Source of the DNA: Candidatus Onthoplasma sp.
GTDB lineage: Bacteria; Bacillota; Clostridia; Christensenellales; UBA1242
Assembly: GCA_045578345.1 (NCBI GenBank)
Contig: JAZNKB010000003.1
Span: 82,604-146,603, forward strand
Reading direction: 5' to 3'
Length of the DNA stretch: 64,000 nucleotides
The notes beneath the pieces are model-generated. The model was not told where the DNA came from. It made no database searches and saw only the letters and a program-made list of their open reading frames with translations. Shown here in pieces: positions 28,829 through 39,080 of the stretch (positions are counted from its first letter, which is position 1; every line of letters begins with the position of its first letter). The translations under genes were made by a program, and so were the position numbers.

Positions 28829-29971
28829 TTAATCACCGTCTTCTTTTAAGATTTTGTCCAAAGCCAAAAATTGTTGTTCTGAATCAATGATACATTTTTC
28901 TATCGTTGTTCTTACACTACTATAAGAGTTAAACGTATCAGCATTTAGTAAACAATCTAAAACTTCTTTTGAATCAACCTCACCAACATTCTCAATCAAA
29001 CAACTTTTACCATAAAAATTCAAATCTTGAAGAACATATTTTTGTTTTTCGTCATAAATTATTGGATATACAGCTTTCCCAAATAAAAATCCTAAAATCA
29101 TAGCATGGAATCTTGTTGCTATGATAGCTTTAGACTTTGATATTTCATCCAAAATTGGTTTAACATCACCTGAATATGAACAAATTTCAATATTTGTTAT
29201 GCCGTTATTTAGACATTTACTCTCTATTCTCTTTGCTACATTCAAATCTCCCTGTCTTTCACTAAAGGATAATAATACAATCTTTTCATTTCTTCTTGCA
29301 GCCTCTGAACAAATTTCAACAATTTTTTCAATGTATTCTTGTGCACATTTTTTTAATCGTTTTAGTTGTATACTTGGTCGTCCTTCCCATGATGGATTAA
29401 TAACAGAAATTGCAATTTGTTTTTCTTCAACCTGTGACTCATGCTTATAAGAGAACAAAATGTCAGGAGCGTATCTTATCTTCGCAGAATCTGGGAAATA
29501 AGATGCTGATGTGCTATCACGAAAACATAAATCTTTTAATTTAGTAAAGGCCCAAGTGAATTCTGTTAAAAATCTAGGGTCATTAAATGGTCCAAAATTT
29601 GCTCCAATAACATATGAGTTTTGATTTAATGTTGCTCTATTTCTAAAACTTCTTAATTTCCCTCTCCAGTATTGGTTATCTTGCATAAAAATTGATCCGC
29701 CGATCATAACACAAGCATCAAATTGATCATAAAACTTTTTTGCTTTTTTTGAAATATTTTCTAATCCGTATAATTTAAAATATTTTTTCATTTCTTTTGA
29801 AAAATGTAAATTCTGTAAGGTTTCTAAAGTTTTGTTGTGATGAGCCATTTCCATCACATAAAAATCCACGTCAGGATAACGTAAACATAAATGTTGAACA
29901 AATAAATCATCACCTAAATTATTTTGTAAATACGCCAAGGTTATTGCGACTTTTTTTCTTGTAGTTTTCAT
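28829..29971 (-). CDS. polysaccharide pyruvyl transferase family protein
   Basis: N-terminal NLGDDLF and C-terminal ATRFHAMILG, typical of CsaB/WcaK-type pyruvyl transferases. Confidence 0.7.
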   Translation of the reverse strand: MKTTRKKVAITLAYLQNNLGDDLFVQHLCLRYPDVDFYVMEMAHHNKTLETLQNLHFSKEMKKYFKLYGLENISKKAKKFYDQFDACVMIGGSIFMQDNQYWRGKLRSFRNRATLNQNSYVIGANFGPFNDPRFLTEFTWAFTKLKDLCFRDSTSASYFPDSAKIRYAPDILFSYKHESQVEEKQIAISVINPSWEGRPSIQLKRLKKCAQEYIEKIVEICSEAARRNEKIVLLSFSERQGDLNVAKRIESKCLNNGITNIEICSYSGDVKPILDEISKSKAIIATRFHAMILGFLFGKAVYPIIYDEKQKYVLQDLNFYGKSCLIENVGEVDSKEVLDCLLNADTFNSYSSVRTTIEKCIIDSEQQFLALDKILKEDGD

Positions 29972-29987
29972 ATTTTACATCCTTAAA

Positions 29988-31160
29988 TTATTTTTTTCTT
30001 TTAAATTTATTACTAAGCCAAGCCTTAAAATATAAAATAATATATCTTAATCCAACTTTTCCATTTTTAAATTCATTTAACGTTTGGTCTTTACAATCTT
30101 CTGTAATAACCCTTTTTGCAGTATTAGAAACCAATTTGTTTTTCTCGTTCATTTTATATAAAATGCTTTTATATACCTTATAAGGAATTGATAATGCCAA
30201 ATCAATACTTACACCTAAAATTAATTCGATAAATTTTTCATATCTTATATTGCCTTTATATAAAACTAAAATTTCCTTAAATTGCTCAAACAATTCTTCT
30301 TGCAATTGTTCATCCTGAACAGAATTTAGTCCAAGTAAAAAATATTCAAAATTTGTGTTTAAAAACACTAATTCTGCATAAACTTCATTATTCTTATCAA
30401 AGTATGTTGAATATGTTTTTATAGCTCTTATATGTGAAGATGAATTTCTTAAATTCCATGAAGTTGAAACAGAATTTTTATCTGCAGATTTCTTATAATA
30501 GCAATAAACCATCGACTTTGTTGTATATATTCGTTGAGCATACTTAACAGCATCTAAATTAAACACAACATCTTCACCATGCATCTCAGGTAAAAATCTT
30601 ATATTATTATTATTCAAGAACTCTCTTCTGAAAAGTCTATTCCATAGCGACGGACTCTTTATCGCAACAATATAATCACCAGCGCAATTTTTTCCATCAT
30701 TTTTTTCACAATATGATTTTATATAATCATAAACATACCATGGATTGTTGTCGATCTTTCTAAAATATTCTCCTATAACAACATCACTTTCATATTTCTC
30801 TGCTGTGTAATATAGCGCATTATAGGCTCCAGCTGGTATTTTATCATCAGAATCAAGAAATGCTATATATTTTCCATGAGCATTATCTAAAGCTGTGTTT
30901 CTTGCAACACCAGGACCAGCATTTTCTTGATAATAATAGAAGACATCCAACTTATCATTTTTAGCTTTGAATTCTTCAATTTTTTGTCTTGTTAAATCTG
31001 TTGAACCGTCATCAACAATAATAACTTCCAGATCTTCAAATTTTTGTTTAACCAAAGATGTTAAACAAGATTCAATATATTTTTCTTGATTATAACAAGG
31101 AATAACTACTGAAATTTTATAATTTTTTTGTTTTGCGTTATCATACTTGTGATTTTCCAT
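29988..31160 (-). CDS. glycosyltransferase family 2
   Basis: ISVVIPCYNQEKYI..QKFEDLEVIIVDDGSTD, DSDD. Confidence 0.85.
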   Translation of the reverse strand: MENHKYDNAKQKNYKISVVIPCYNQEKYIESCLTSLVKQKFEDLEVIIVDDGSTDLTRQKIEEFKAKNDKLDVFYYYQENAGPGVARNTALDNAHGKYIAFLDSDDKIPAGAYNALYYTAEKYESDVVIGEYFRKIDNNPWYVYDYIKSYCEKNDGKNCAGDYIVAIKSPSLWNRLFRREFLNNNNIRFLPEMHGEDVVFNLDAVKYAQRIYTTKSMVYCYYKKSADKNSVSTSWNLRNSSSHIRAIKTYSTYFDKNNEVYAELVFLNTNFEYFLLGLNSVQDEQLQEELFEQFKEILVLYKGNIRYEKFIELILGVSIDLALSIPYKVYKSILYKMNEKNKLVSNTAKRVITEDCKDQTLNEFKNGKVGLRYIILYFKAWLSNKFKRKK

Positions 31161-31375
31161 TTTTACCTCATTTATATTTTTTTCTTAAAGTGTTAAGTTT
31201 ATGTATTATAACATTATTGTAGTTTCTTGTCAATAAAAAGAGGTCAAAATTTCAACCAAAGAACAATCCACCACTTTAAAAAAACTAACAAATAATATGA
31301 AAACACAAATTATACAAAAAATTTGATATTTTATAATCATCGCGAAACAAATCGCAATAAGATAAATTAAAGTTC

Positions 31376-31405
31376 TTGACTTTATTCATGAATTTATATT
31401 ATAAT
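31376..31405 (+). promoter_or_regulatory. promoter of the ABC exporter genes, near-leaderless
   Basis: TTGACT, 18 nt, TATAAT, then 8 nt to ATG 31414; no SD. Confidence 0.55.
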
Positions 31406-31413
31406 TTACCCAT

Positions 31414-32223
31414 ATGGATAAAATACTTAAGCAAAAACAAAACCAAGTATTTGATAAAATGCGTAAGAATAGCAATATTTTAAAAGCATTGGTGGCAAAA
31501 AACTTCAAGTCTCAATACAGAAACTCAATTTTGGGTGTGTTGTGGACTGTTTTAAACCCTCTTTTAAATATGATTGTTATGTCGCTTGTTTTTTCGCAAC
31601 TCTTTGGAAACAGGTCGGGTGTAGGAATTTATCCAATCTATTTATTCTGCGGAAATTTGATGTTTAACATGATGCGCCAAATAACATCCCAATCATTAAC
31701 TAGTATGGTTTCAAATTCTGGACTAATTAAAAAGGTTAAAATTTCATATTCTGTTTTTCCAATATCAAGCATGTTTACAGCCTTAGTTAACTTCGGCGTT
31801 TCGTTTATAGCATTAATAATAATAATGTTTATAGTAAAACAACAATTCTATTGGACAACTTTATTAACGGTTACCATTGTTCCAGCTGTTTTACTATTCT
31901 CACTTGGCATTGGCCTAATTGTTGCTAGTTTATATGTGTTTTTTAGAGATATTAAACACATATATGAGGTTTTCTTAACATTGTGGATGTATTTAACTCC
32001 TCTTTTCTATACCGCCGATTCTTTAAAAAGCAACACAATTGCAAACATAATTAATTTAAACCCTATGACTCATTTTGTAACAGCTTTTAGAAATGTAATT
32101 CAATGGGGAGCGGTTCCAAGTGGTATTGAATTCTTAATTTGTTATGGTTGGGCTTTTGCAATGTTGATTATTGGATATTCAATTTATAGATTAACTAGAA
32201 AGCGCTTTATTCTATATATTTAA
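31414..32223 (+). CDS. ABC-2 type glycopolymer export permease (TagG/Wzm-like)
   Basis: 269 aa with six hydrophobic helices, followed by the cognate ATPase. Confidence 0.8.
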   Translation: MDKILKQKQNQVFDKMRKNSNILKALVAKNFKSQYRNSILGVLWTVLNPLLNMIVMSLVFSQLFGNRSGVGIYPIYLFCGNLMFNMMRQITSQSLTSMVSNSGLIKKVKISYSVFPISSMFTALVNFGVSFIALIIIMFIVKQQFYWTTLLTVTIVPAVLLFSLGIGLIVASLYVFFRDIKHIYEVFLTLWMYLTPLFYTADSLKSNTIANIINLNPMTHFVTAFRNVIQWGAVPSGIEFLICYGWAFAMLIIGYSIYRLTRKRFILYI

Positions 32224-32231
32224 GGAGACTT

Positions 32232-33005
32232 ATGAAGGAAAAAAAACAAATCAAAGAAGATAATGTTATTGAAATCGAGAACTTGAGTTTGAAATTCAAT
32301 AAACCCACTGAAAAACTTACCACTTTGAAAGAGTTTTTTGTAAAATTAATTAAAGGCAAGCTAAGATATGATTCTTTTTGGGTTTTAAACGACATCAATC
32401 TTGAGGTTAAACGAGGCGAATCTCTCGCTTTAATCGGTTTGAATGGAAGCGGAAAAACAACATTGTTAAAAGTGATAGCCGGAATTCTTCAACCAACCAA
32501 AGGAGAAATTAGAATTAATGGAACAATTGCTCCATTAATTAGTATGGGTGCCGGATTTGACATGGAGTCAACCGCAAGAGAAAACATATTTTTGAATGGT
32601 GCAATTTTAGGATTTTCAAAAAAGGAAATGTTGAAAAAATATGATTCAATTGTCAAATTTGCTGAACTTGAAGGTTTTATGAATGTTCCACTTAAGAATT
32701 TTTCATCTGGAATGCTTTCAAGATTAGGTTTTGCCATTGCTGTTGATGTTCAGCCAGATATATTGTTGGTTGACGAAGTGTTATCAGTTGGAGACATTAA
32801 TTTTAGACTAAAATGTCAAAAGAAAATTGAAGAAATTTTAAAACAAGGAACAACTTTAATCTATGTTTCTCATTCCATGAACGAAGTAACTCGTCTTTGC
32901 AAAAACGCATTATGGATTAAAGATAATCGCGCTCATATGTATGGTTCAAGCCAAGAAGTTGTTCAAAAGTATGTTGAATTTTGCCAAAGCACTCAAAACA
33001 AATAA
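32232..33005 (+). CDS. ABC glycopolymer export ATP-binding protein (TagH/Wzt-like)
   Basis: Walker A GLNGSGKTT, signature FSSGMLSRL, Walker B ILLVDE. Confidence 0.88.
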   Translation: MKEKKQIKEDNVIEIENLSLKFNKPTEKLTTLKEFFVKLIKGKLRYDSFWVLNDINLEVKRGESLALIGLNGSGKTTLLKVIAGILQPTKGEIRINGTIAPLISMGAGFDMESTARENIFLNGAILGFSKKEMLKKYDSIVKFAELEGFMNVPLKNFSSGMLSRLGFAIAVDVQPDILLVDEVLSVGDINFRLKCQKKIEEILKQGTTLIYVSHSMNEVTRLCKNALWIKDNRAHMYGSSQEVVQKYVEFCQSTQNK

Positions 33006-33036
33006 AGGATAAAATTTACAATACTTTAAAATTAAA

Positions 33037-33066
33037 AAAAGTCCTATAATATAGGGCTTTTTTATA
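33037..33066. terminator. bidirectional terminator
   Basis: A-run, GTCCTATA-atA-TAGGGC, T-run. Confidence 0.6.
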
Positions 33067-34282
33067 ATTTGCTTTTCAAAACAGATCTTATTTTACTTCC
33101 CTTTGGAAATAATAAAACTCCAATTTTAAACACAAACGTGTTGTGCAATATCTTTTGTTTTAACGAAATAATTTCTTTTGGAAAAATTATATCCGATTCT
33201 TTTCCTTTTGCGAAAACAAATCTCGTTTTAAAAACTTTTTGCATTTTAATAAGTTCTTTATATGCATAGGAATTTTTTCTCACACAAATCTTTAAACATT
33301 TATTTGAGTAATAAACCCTTTTTAACAATTCATCAATTTCATCTATATTCTTCGGCAAAAGTTTTTGATTTAAATAAGGATAATCACTCATAAAATCAGC
33401 TGTTTTTAATTCACAATTCACATATCTTTGTTTAATAAACTCATTCAACTCTTTGGATTTGTATTTTTTCGCAACAGAATAATTTATTGAACAAAGAAAT
33501 TGCTTCCATGCTAAAAAATCTTCTCTCACAATTTCAAACATTTTTTTGCTTTTTAAATCGTTTTCAATAAAATTAAACACGTCTGTTAATGAAATTACAT
33601 GACTAATATGTTTATCTTTGCTTTCAACAGCAACCTCTTGCGTGTCATGAACCCTATAAAAATAATATCCAACATGAGTGTTTGAAACCTTTGTAGCCAA
33701 ACTGAATGCAAAATAGGTTATAAGAACATCTTCAGCATAAACCATTCTATCAATATTCAATTTCTCCACCTCTTCACAAGCAGATAAAATCACTTCACGC
33801 TTGAAAATTTTATTCCAAAGCACATAAGTTGAATGTTCTTTTCCTTGCTGAGCAAAAAATCTTTTTGTTGGCTCATAACAAACAAAATTTGAATTGATTG
33901 TTGAATCGTTAAAGCAATAATACATTGTGCTATGTGTGTTAAACGCCCAATCATTGATGATTATGTCAGAATCTTGAATTGATTTTAAACTTCCTTCCAA
34001 ATAATTAAATGAAATTGTGTCATCAGAATCCACAAAACACACATAAGGTGAAGACGTTTGTTTAACTCCAAAAATTCTAGCATTTAAAGTTCCTTTGTTC
34101 TCTGTTTTAAAATACTTAACATCAAATTTATTCAAGATTGATGAATAATCCTTGCTTGAACCATCGTCAACAATAATAACTTCTAAATCCTTTATTGTTG
34201 AATTAAAAATTGAATTTAAACAAGCTTCAAATAAGGTTTCATCAGTGTTATATACACACACAATAACAGACAATTTTTTCAT
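33062..34282 (-). CDS. glycosyltransferase family 2
   Basis: Start taken at MKKLSVIVCVYN. Motifs LEVIIVDDGSS and DSDD. Confidence 0.8.
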   Translation of the reverse strand: MKKLSVIVCVYNTDETLFEACLNSIFNSTIKDLEVIIVDDGSSKDYSSILNKFDVKYFKTENKGTLNARIFGVKQTSSPYVCFVDSDDTISFNYLEGSLKSIQDSDIIINDWAFNTHSTMYYCFNDSTINSNFVCYEPTKRFFAQQGKEHSTYVLWNKIFKREVILSACEEVEKLNIDRMVYAEDVLITYFAFSLATKVSNTHVGYYFYRVHDTQEVAVESKDKHISHVISLTDVFNFIENDLKSKKMFEIVREDFLAWKQFLCSINYSVAKKYKSKELNEFIKQRYVNCELKTADFMSDYPYLNQKLLPKNIDEIDELLKRVYYSNKCLKICVRKNSYAYKELIKMQKVFKTRFVFAKGKESDIIFPKEIISLKQKILHNTFVFKIGVLLFPKGSKIRSVLKSKL

Positions 34283-34405
34283 GTTTAAATTATAACATAG
34301 AAAATTCACCAAGTCAATTCTAATTATGTTTTAACTTACTTTTATTATTTTTTAATGCGAGCAACAATCACTTTGCTTTGTTGGATTCATAAACAAAAAA
34401 ACCAA

Positions 34406-35548
34406 TTAAATCAATTGGTTTTTTTCATATATTTGTTTAAGTTCTTTTCTTACATTTTTCAAAAGATATTTATCCACGTGCTTTCTATTAAACTCTCCCA
34501 TTTGCTCGCAAATCTCATCATTATCTAGCAAATATTTTAAAGCATTTAATTGTGAATTTATATCTTTTGCACTTGTTAAGATTCCACCCTCTTCTTTAAC
34601 AAGATTTTTGTTTCCTCTAACAGATGAGGCCACAATAGGAAGTTTGAAATACATTGCTTCCATAATGCTCATTGTTAAACCTTCATGGAACGATTGATGA
34701 TAAAATATATCGCTTATTTGCATAATTTTGTTAACATCTCTTCGATACCCCAAGAAAATAACCTTGTTCTTTAAATCTAGTTTTTGAACCAATTCTTGCA
34801 TTTTTGCCATAAGTTTCCCATCTCCGCAAAGGATATATTTAACATTGGCGTTTTCTTTCACAAGGCGAGCAAAAGTTTTGATCATTGTTTCATGGTTTTT
34901 ACGTTTTATAAATTCTGAAACTGACAATATTATTTTTTCGTTTTCTTTAATTCCTAAACTCTTTTTAAATGAAATTTTGTCAAACTCTTGATTGTTATAT
35001 TTTTCTATATCAAGACCAATTCCACTAATATTGTAACAATTTTCGCATTTAAATTTTTTACTTTCCGAAAAATCTTCATCATTCATTGTTATTAAGACAT
35101 CTGTCCATCTTGCCATAACTCTTTCAGCAGATTTAAAAATGAAGTTTTTAACAGCATTGTTACCTTTAAAGAAGAAATATCCATGCGCGGTGTAGATTAC
35201 TGGAATTTTAAATTTCCTTCCAAGCAATCTTCCAAGCATTCCACCAACAGGCTGTTGACAGTAAATCAAATCATATTTATTTTCATTTTGAAGAGCAACC
35301 AAAGTTTTGTAAGCACCATAATTTTTAAAAGTTAATGGTAACCTTGTCATTGGGACATTAATCATATTCAAACCAAACTTTGTTTTTAACTCATCAAACC
35401 AAAATCCAGTTCTTGAACAAACGCAATCTATTGTTGCTCCATATTTTTGTAAATCTCTAATGTGAGGAATTAAAAATTGCCAAATCATATTATCTGTTGA
35501 ACATAACAATAAAACTTTTGCACCGCTTAATTTAATTTTTTTCTTCAT
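34406..35548 (-). CDS. glycosyltransferase family 4 (GT-B)
   Basis: 380 aa. C-terminal HQSFHEGLTMSIMEAM (E-x7-E region). Confidence 0.8.
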   Translation of the reverse strand: MKKKIKLSGAKVLLLCSTDNMIWQFLIPHIRDLQKYGATIDCVCSRTGFWFDELKTKFGLNMINVPMTRLPLTFKNYGAYKTLVALQNENKYDLIYCQQPVGGMLGRLLGRKFKIPVIYTAHGYFFFKGNNAVKNFIFKSAERVMARWTDVLITMNDEDFSESKKFKCENCYNISGIGLDIEKYNNQEFDKISFKKSLGIKENEKIILSVSEFIKRKNHETMIKTFARLVKENANVKYILCGDGKLMAKMQELVQKLDLKNKVIFLGYRRDVNKIMQISDIFYHQSFHEGLTMSIMEAMYFKLPIVASSVRGNKNLVKEEGGILTSAKDINSQLNALKYLLDNDEICEQMGEFNRKHVDKYLLKNVRKELKQIYEKNQLI

Positions 35549-36078
35549 GCAACATCCTTCATAAATGGATTTTGCTCAAAAACATTATAATATGCGTTTT
35601 TGAACAATTGAAACTTTTTAGACAAAATGCTTGAAAAATTTTTTGGCAAAAAAATGTTAAGACTATCCTTAACGGCCTTAATGTCTTTAATTTTCCTTAT
35701 TTTGCCTTTTGTTATGTTCAATTTTTATTCCTTACTAAAATTAATGATAACATAACTTGTAAAATTTTTCAAGAAAAATCTCACTTTTTGGAAAAACAAA
35801 TCGGATTTTTTCCTTAAAATTTACATTACTTCAGTATTGTATGCTCTAAACTTGTAAAAACAGCAACTAAATTTACGCTTAGATTATTAAAAAACGTATT
35901 AAAACCAACGATTTATTTTAGTATATTTATATGTGTTAACTTTACTTTTATACAGAATTTATTTAATGTTTTAACTTAGTAATTCTTTCAACATCTCGCT
36001 TTAAAATTATTTTCGACATTATTTTATCGAAATTCTAAAATTTGTAACTTTTTTTAATTTATTCGTTTTCTTTTATTC

Positions 36079-36107
36079 TTGACTCACACTTTCTGTTTAT
36101 GTTAAAT
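36079..36107 (+). promoter_or_regulatory. sigma-A-type promoter
   Basis: TTGACT, 17 nt, TTAAAT. Confidence 0.5.
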
Positions 36108-36169
36108 TAGAACCCAAAGCACTATTTTCTTATGAAAATATGTTTATACATTTAATACAAGGAGTTAAA

Positions 36170-36463
36170 ATGGAAATTATCATAAAATCAATTTGGACAC
36201 AAGAAATTCGTGAAGAAAAAATTAATGAATATGTTTATTCGTTAGGTGAAAAGATTTTTCAAAAATGCAAAATTAGCAATAACATAACAAATGAAGAATT
36301 TGAATCAATTTCATTAGATTTGTGTGTTAATTATGCAAAAAACAAAGTGTTGCCATACATATTCAATATGAGTAGTGGTTCTTTTTCAATTTTAATAACA
36401 GAAAAAGCTGTTCTTGATGTTTTAAATTTGGCAAAACTAGAAAATTCAAAATTAACTGTTTAA
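36170..36463 (+). CDS. hypothetical protein
   Basis: SD AAGGAG precedes ATG 36170; 97 aa, no motif recognised. Confidence 0.5.
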   Translation: MEIIIKSIWTQEIREEKINEYVYSLGEKIFQKCKISNNITNEEFESISLDLCVNYAKNKVLPYIFNMSSGSFSILITEKAVLDVLNLAKLENSKLTV

Positions 36464-36465
36464 TC

Positions 36466-36497
36466 CAAAAAAGAGAACATTAATGTTCTCTTTTTCC
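36466..36497. terminator. terminator
   Basis: AGAGAACAT-taa-ATGTTCTCT followed by a T-run. Confidence 0.7.
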
Positions 36498-36547
36498 TTA
36501 AATTTCACGTAACATATTAAACACTTTAAATGAAACGATTAGACACT

Positions 36548-37315
36548 TTATTTTTTTATTTTACTATATTTTCTCAAACCGTTAATTCCATTAAAGAAAG
36601 TGTAGAACAATCTTTTGAAGAACCCAACACCATGTTTTTTGTATGTGTTATATGACATTTTAATTGCCTTTAATTTATTTCGTGATTTTGAACCAACAGT
36701 AAGTCTATAAACAACTGTTGGTGTTTTAATGCCATATGCAATGTTAATTTCTTTCATTATGTTTAACCAACATAAGAAATCTTCATGGACTTCGTCTGCA
36801 TAGAAAGGATATTTTGTTAACAACTCTTTCTTAAACATTGATGCTGATGGCAGGATTTTGTTCTGATAGAAAAGTTTTTTGTATGTAATTGAATCATCAA
36901 CAATAAACTCAGATTTAAGAGGTTCCCCTTCATTAGTCATGAAAGAATATGAAGAGTGAATAATTTGACCACCTGTTTCTTTCTGTCTTGCAATCAATAA
37001 TTCCAAATGATTTTTTTTCCATATATCATCCGAATCAAGAAAAGCCACCCATTCGCTTTTTGCGTTTTTAACACCGTAATTTCTTGTTGCCGAAACTTTT
37101 GAGTTAACTTCGTTTTTCAGTAGAACAATACGAGCATCCTCTTTTTGGAGAGTTTCAACAATTTGACGTGTGTTATCAGTTGAACAGTCATCCACACAAA
37201 TGATTTCAATATTCTTCACTGTTTGATTCATTACAGATCTAATTGTGTTCTCTATATACTTTTCTGCATTATACATTGGTATTACAACTGAACAGTCCAA
37301 ACTTTGATTCTCCAT
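36548..37315 (-). CDS. glycosyltransferase family 2
   Basis: CSVVIPMYNAEKYI..NQTVKNIEIICVDDCSTD, DSDD. Confidence 0.85.
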   Translation of the reverse strand: MENQSLDCSVVIPMYNAEKYIENTIRSVMNQTVKNIEIICVDDCSTDNTRQIVETLQKEDARIVLLKNEVNSKVSATRNYGVKNAKSEWVAFLDSDDIWKKNHLELLIARQKETGGQIIHSSYSFMTNEGEPLKSEFIVDDSITYKKLFYQNKILPSASMFKKELLTKYPFYADEVHEDFLCWLNIMKEINIAYGIKTPTVVYRLTVGSKSRNKLKAIKMSYNTYKKHGVGFFKRLFYTFFNGINGLRKYSKIKK

Positions 37316-37430
37316 TTCATTTTTCTCCTTAATGATTGAATTATATCAAATTTTTTATGTTCTGGTCAAGAAATTTAACTTATGCATAATAAAAATTAAA
37401 AATAATTCATAGAATAAATTATGGTGAAAT

Positions 37431-37817
37431 ATGACGAAAAATAAAATAAAATTGACACTGATTGACGATTATATCAAAATTTGTCTAATCAAAAATTTCC
37501 TAAACAACGACTTTAATCAAGCAAAATTAACACCTTTTTATTTAAATCTAATTTCCAAACTAAAACATTTAAATTCTACACTTGAACAAATATACTGCAA
37601 AATTTTTGAAAAACTTAAACTTAATAACACTTCATTAGATGTTTTAAAACGAGATTTGTTGAACAATAACATCCAGTTTGAAAAAGAGCATCTCAACAAC
37701 TATCTTAATTGCGCCAAAACAATTGACAAATCCAACCTCCTGCTCAATTCAATTTTAAACAACTTAAAACAAAAATTAAAAGTTTTAAAGTTGGATGTCT
37801 CGTGTTTAACAATGTAA
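37431..37817 (+). CDS. hypothetical Asn/Leu/Lys-rich helical protein
   Basis: 128 aa, weak SD GGTGA. Its stop codon abuts the left direct repeat. Confidence 0.45.
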   Translation: MTKNKIKLTLIDDYIKICLIKNFLNNDFNQAKLTPFYLNLISKLKHLNSTLEQIYCKIFEKLKLNNTSLDVLKRDLLNNNIQFEKEHLNNYLNCAKTIDKSNLLLNSILNNLKQKLKVLKLDVSCLTM

Positions 37818-37833
37818 ATATTTGGAATATCAT
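37817..37833 (+). repeat. left copy of 17-bp direct repeat AATATTTGGAATATCAT
   Basis: Exact match to 48958-48974. Confidence 0.7.
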
Positions 37834-38019
37834 GTGAATGTCAAATGAAAATGCGAAAAAATTAAAAAAATATTAAAAAATTATATAATCTACTTACTAA
37901 CAGCATTAAATTTAATGCTGTTAGGCCATTTTCGGTTAGTTTCAGTGGAGATTTTTAAAATTTAGATATGAAAAGAAACAAGCGAGTTTTACAGCTTGTT
38001 TTTTTTAGATAGTCAATTG

Positions 38020-39054
38020 TTAAGCAATTAGTTTCGAATAATGATATTCAAACAAAGTTCGTGAATTATTAAAACCTAATACTTGTCGTGGATAATCATT
38101 AACCCAATCTTCAACTTGTTGCACTTGTTCACGTGTATATTTTGACAAGTCTGTTCCCTTTGGAACAAGTCGTCTGATCTCTCGATTTATTCGTTCGTTA
38201 GTTCCACGTTCACATGAACAGTAAGGATGACAATAATACAATTTTGTTCGTTGACTGTTTCTTCCATAGATACTACGTTCCAATGCAACACTATCAGAAA
38301 ACTCGCTACCGTTATCAACTGTTATTGTCTTAAATAGTTTTTTGAAGTTCTTGCCATATTTTCGTTCAATCTTATTTAAGCAATCAACAACACTTCTTGA
38401 TTTCTGATTTTGCATAGGCATAATAATTTCTTTACGTGTTAATCTTTCAGTTAATACCAGGAATGTACTATTTGAAGAACCACAAACACAATCCATTTCC
38501 CAATGACCGAATGTTTTTCGTTCCAGAATTTCAATCGGTCTTTTTTCAATGCTAGTTCCTTTCGGCGCACGTTTAATAACCATTTTGCGTTTCCCAAGTT
38601 TTCTTTTTTCTTTCATCGGAAGATGTTTGATTTCAAGACGTGAAAAAACACCTTTCTCAATATACTTATACAAAGTGTTTACGCAGATAGTGGTATTGAA
38701 TTGCAAACCTTTATGTTTGATTTCACCCAAAACTGCGAGTGGAGAAAGTTTATCATCTACAATACGTTTTTCAATATACTCAGCATAATCATAATCTTTT
38801 CCGAGTTTAATATCTGCACCTTTATTCTTTAAGTGATTACGATATTTTTCATGTGCAAGGTCACAACTATAACGTGTTTCTTCTTCCCAAGTTACACCTA
38901 TGAGATGTTTATAAGCACCACGTTTCATTTCTCGATAAATTGTACTGATATGTACGTCTAATAATTTTGCAATTTCTTTAATACTGATTTTTGCCAATAA
39001 GTAAGATTCCAATTGCACGCGTTTAGTTCTTGTCAAGTGTTTGAATGTTCGCAT
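38020..39054 (-). CDS. IS30-family DDE transposase
   Basis: 344 aa. N-terminal HTH (ISIKEIAKLLDVHISTIYRE). Catalytic region HWEMDCV ... TVDNGSEF ... ERGTNERINREIRR. Confidence 0.88.
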   Translation of the reverse strand: MRTFKHLTRTKRVQLESYLLAKISIKEIAKLLDVHISTIYREMKRGAYKHLIGVTWEEETRYSCDLAHEKYRNHLKNKGADIKLGKDYDYAEYIEKRIVDDKLSPLAVLGEIKHKGLQFNTTICVNTLYKYIEKGVFSRLEIKHLPMKEKRKLGKRKMVIKRAPKGTSIEKRPIEILERKTFGHWEMDCVCGSSNSTFLVLTERLTRKEIIMPMQNQKSRSVVDCLNKIERKYGKNFKKLFKTITVDNGSEFSDSVALERSIYGRNSQRTKLYYCHPYCSCERGTNERINREIRRLVPKGTDLSKYTREQVQQVEDWVNDYPRQVLGFNNSRTLFEYHYSKLIA

Positions 39055-39080
39055 TTTTCAAATTCCTTTTTGTTTATTGT

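Noticed and set aside
35549-36139. A 590-bp gap in the glycan locus, examined for a missed small gene translationally coupled to the GT4 gene.
   Set aside because: Careful re-translation shows stops in every frame within a few codons (for example TTG AAC ATA ACA AAA GGC AAA TAA). Only a plus-strand promoter (36079-36107) could be supported.
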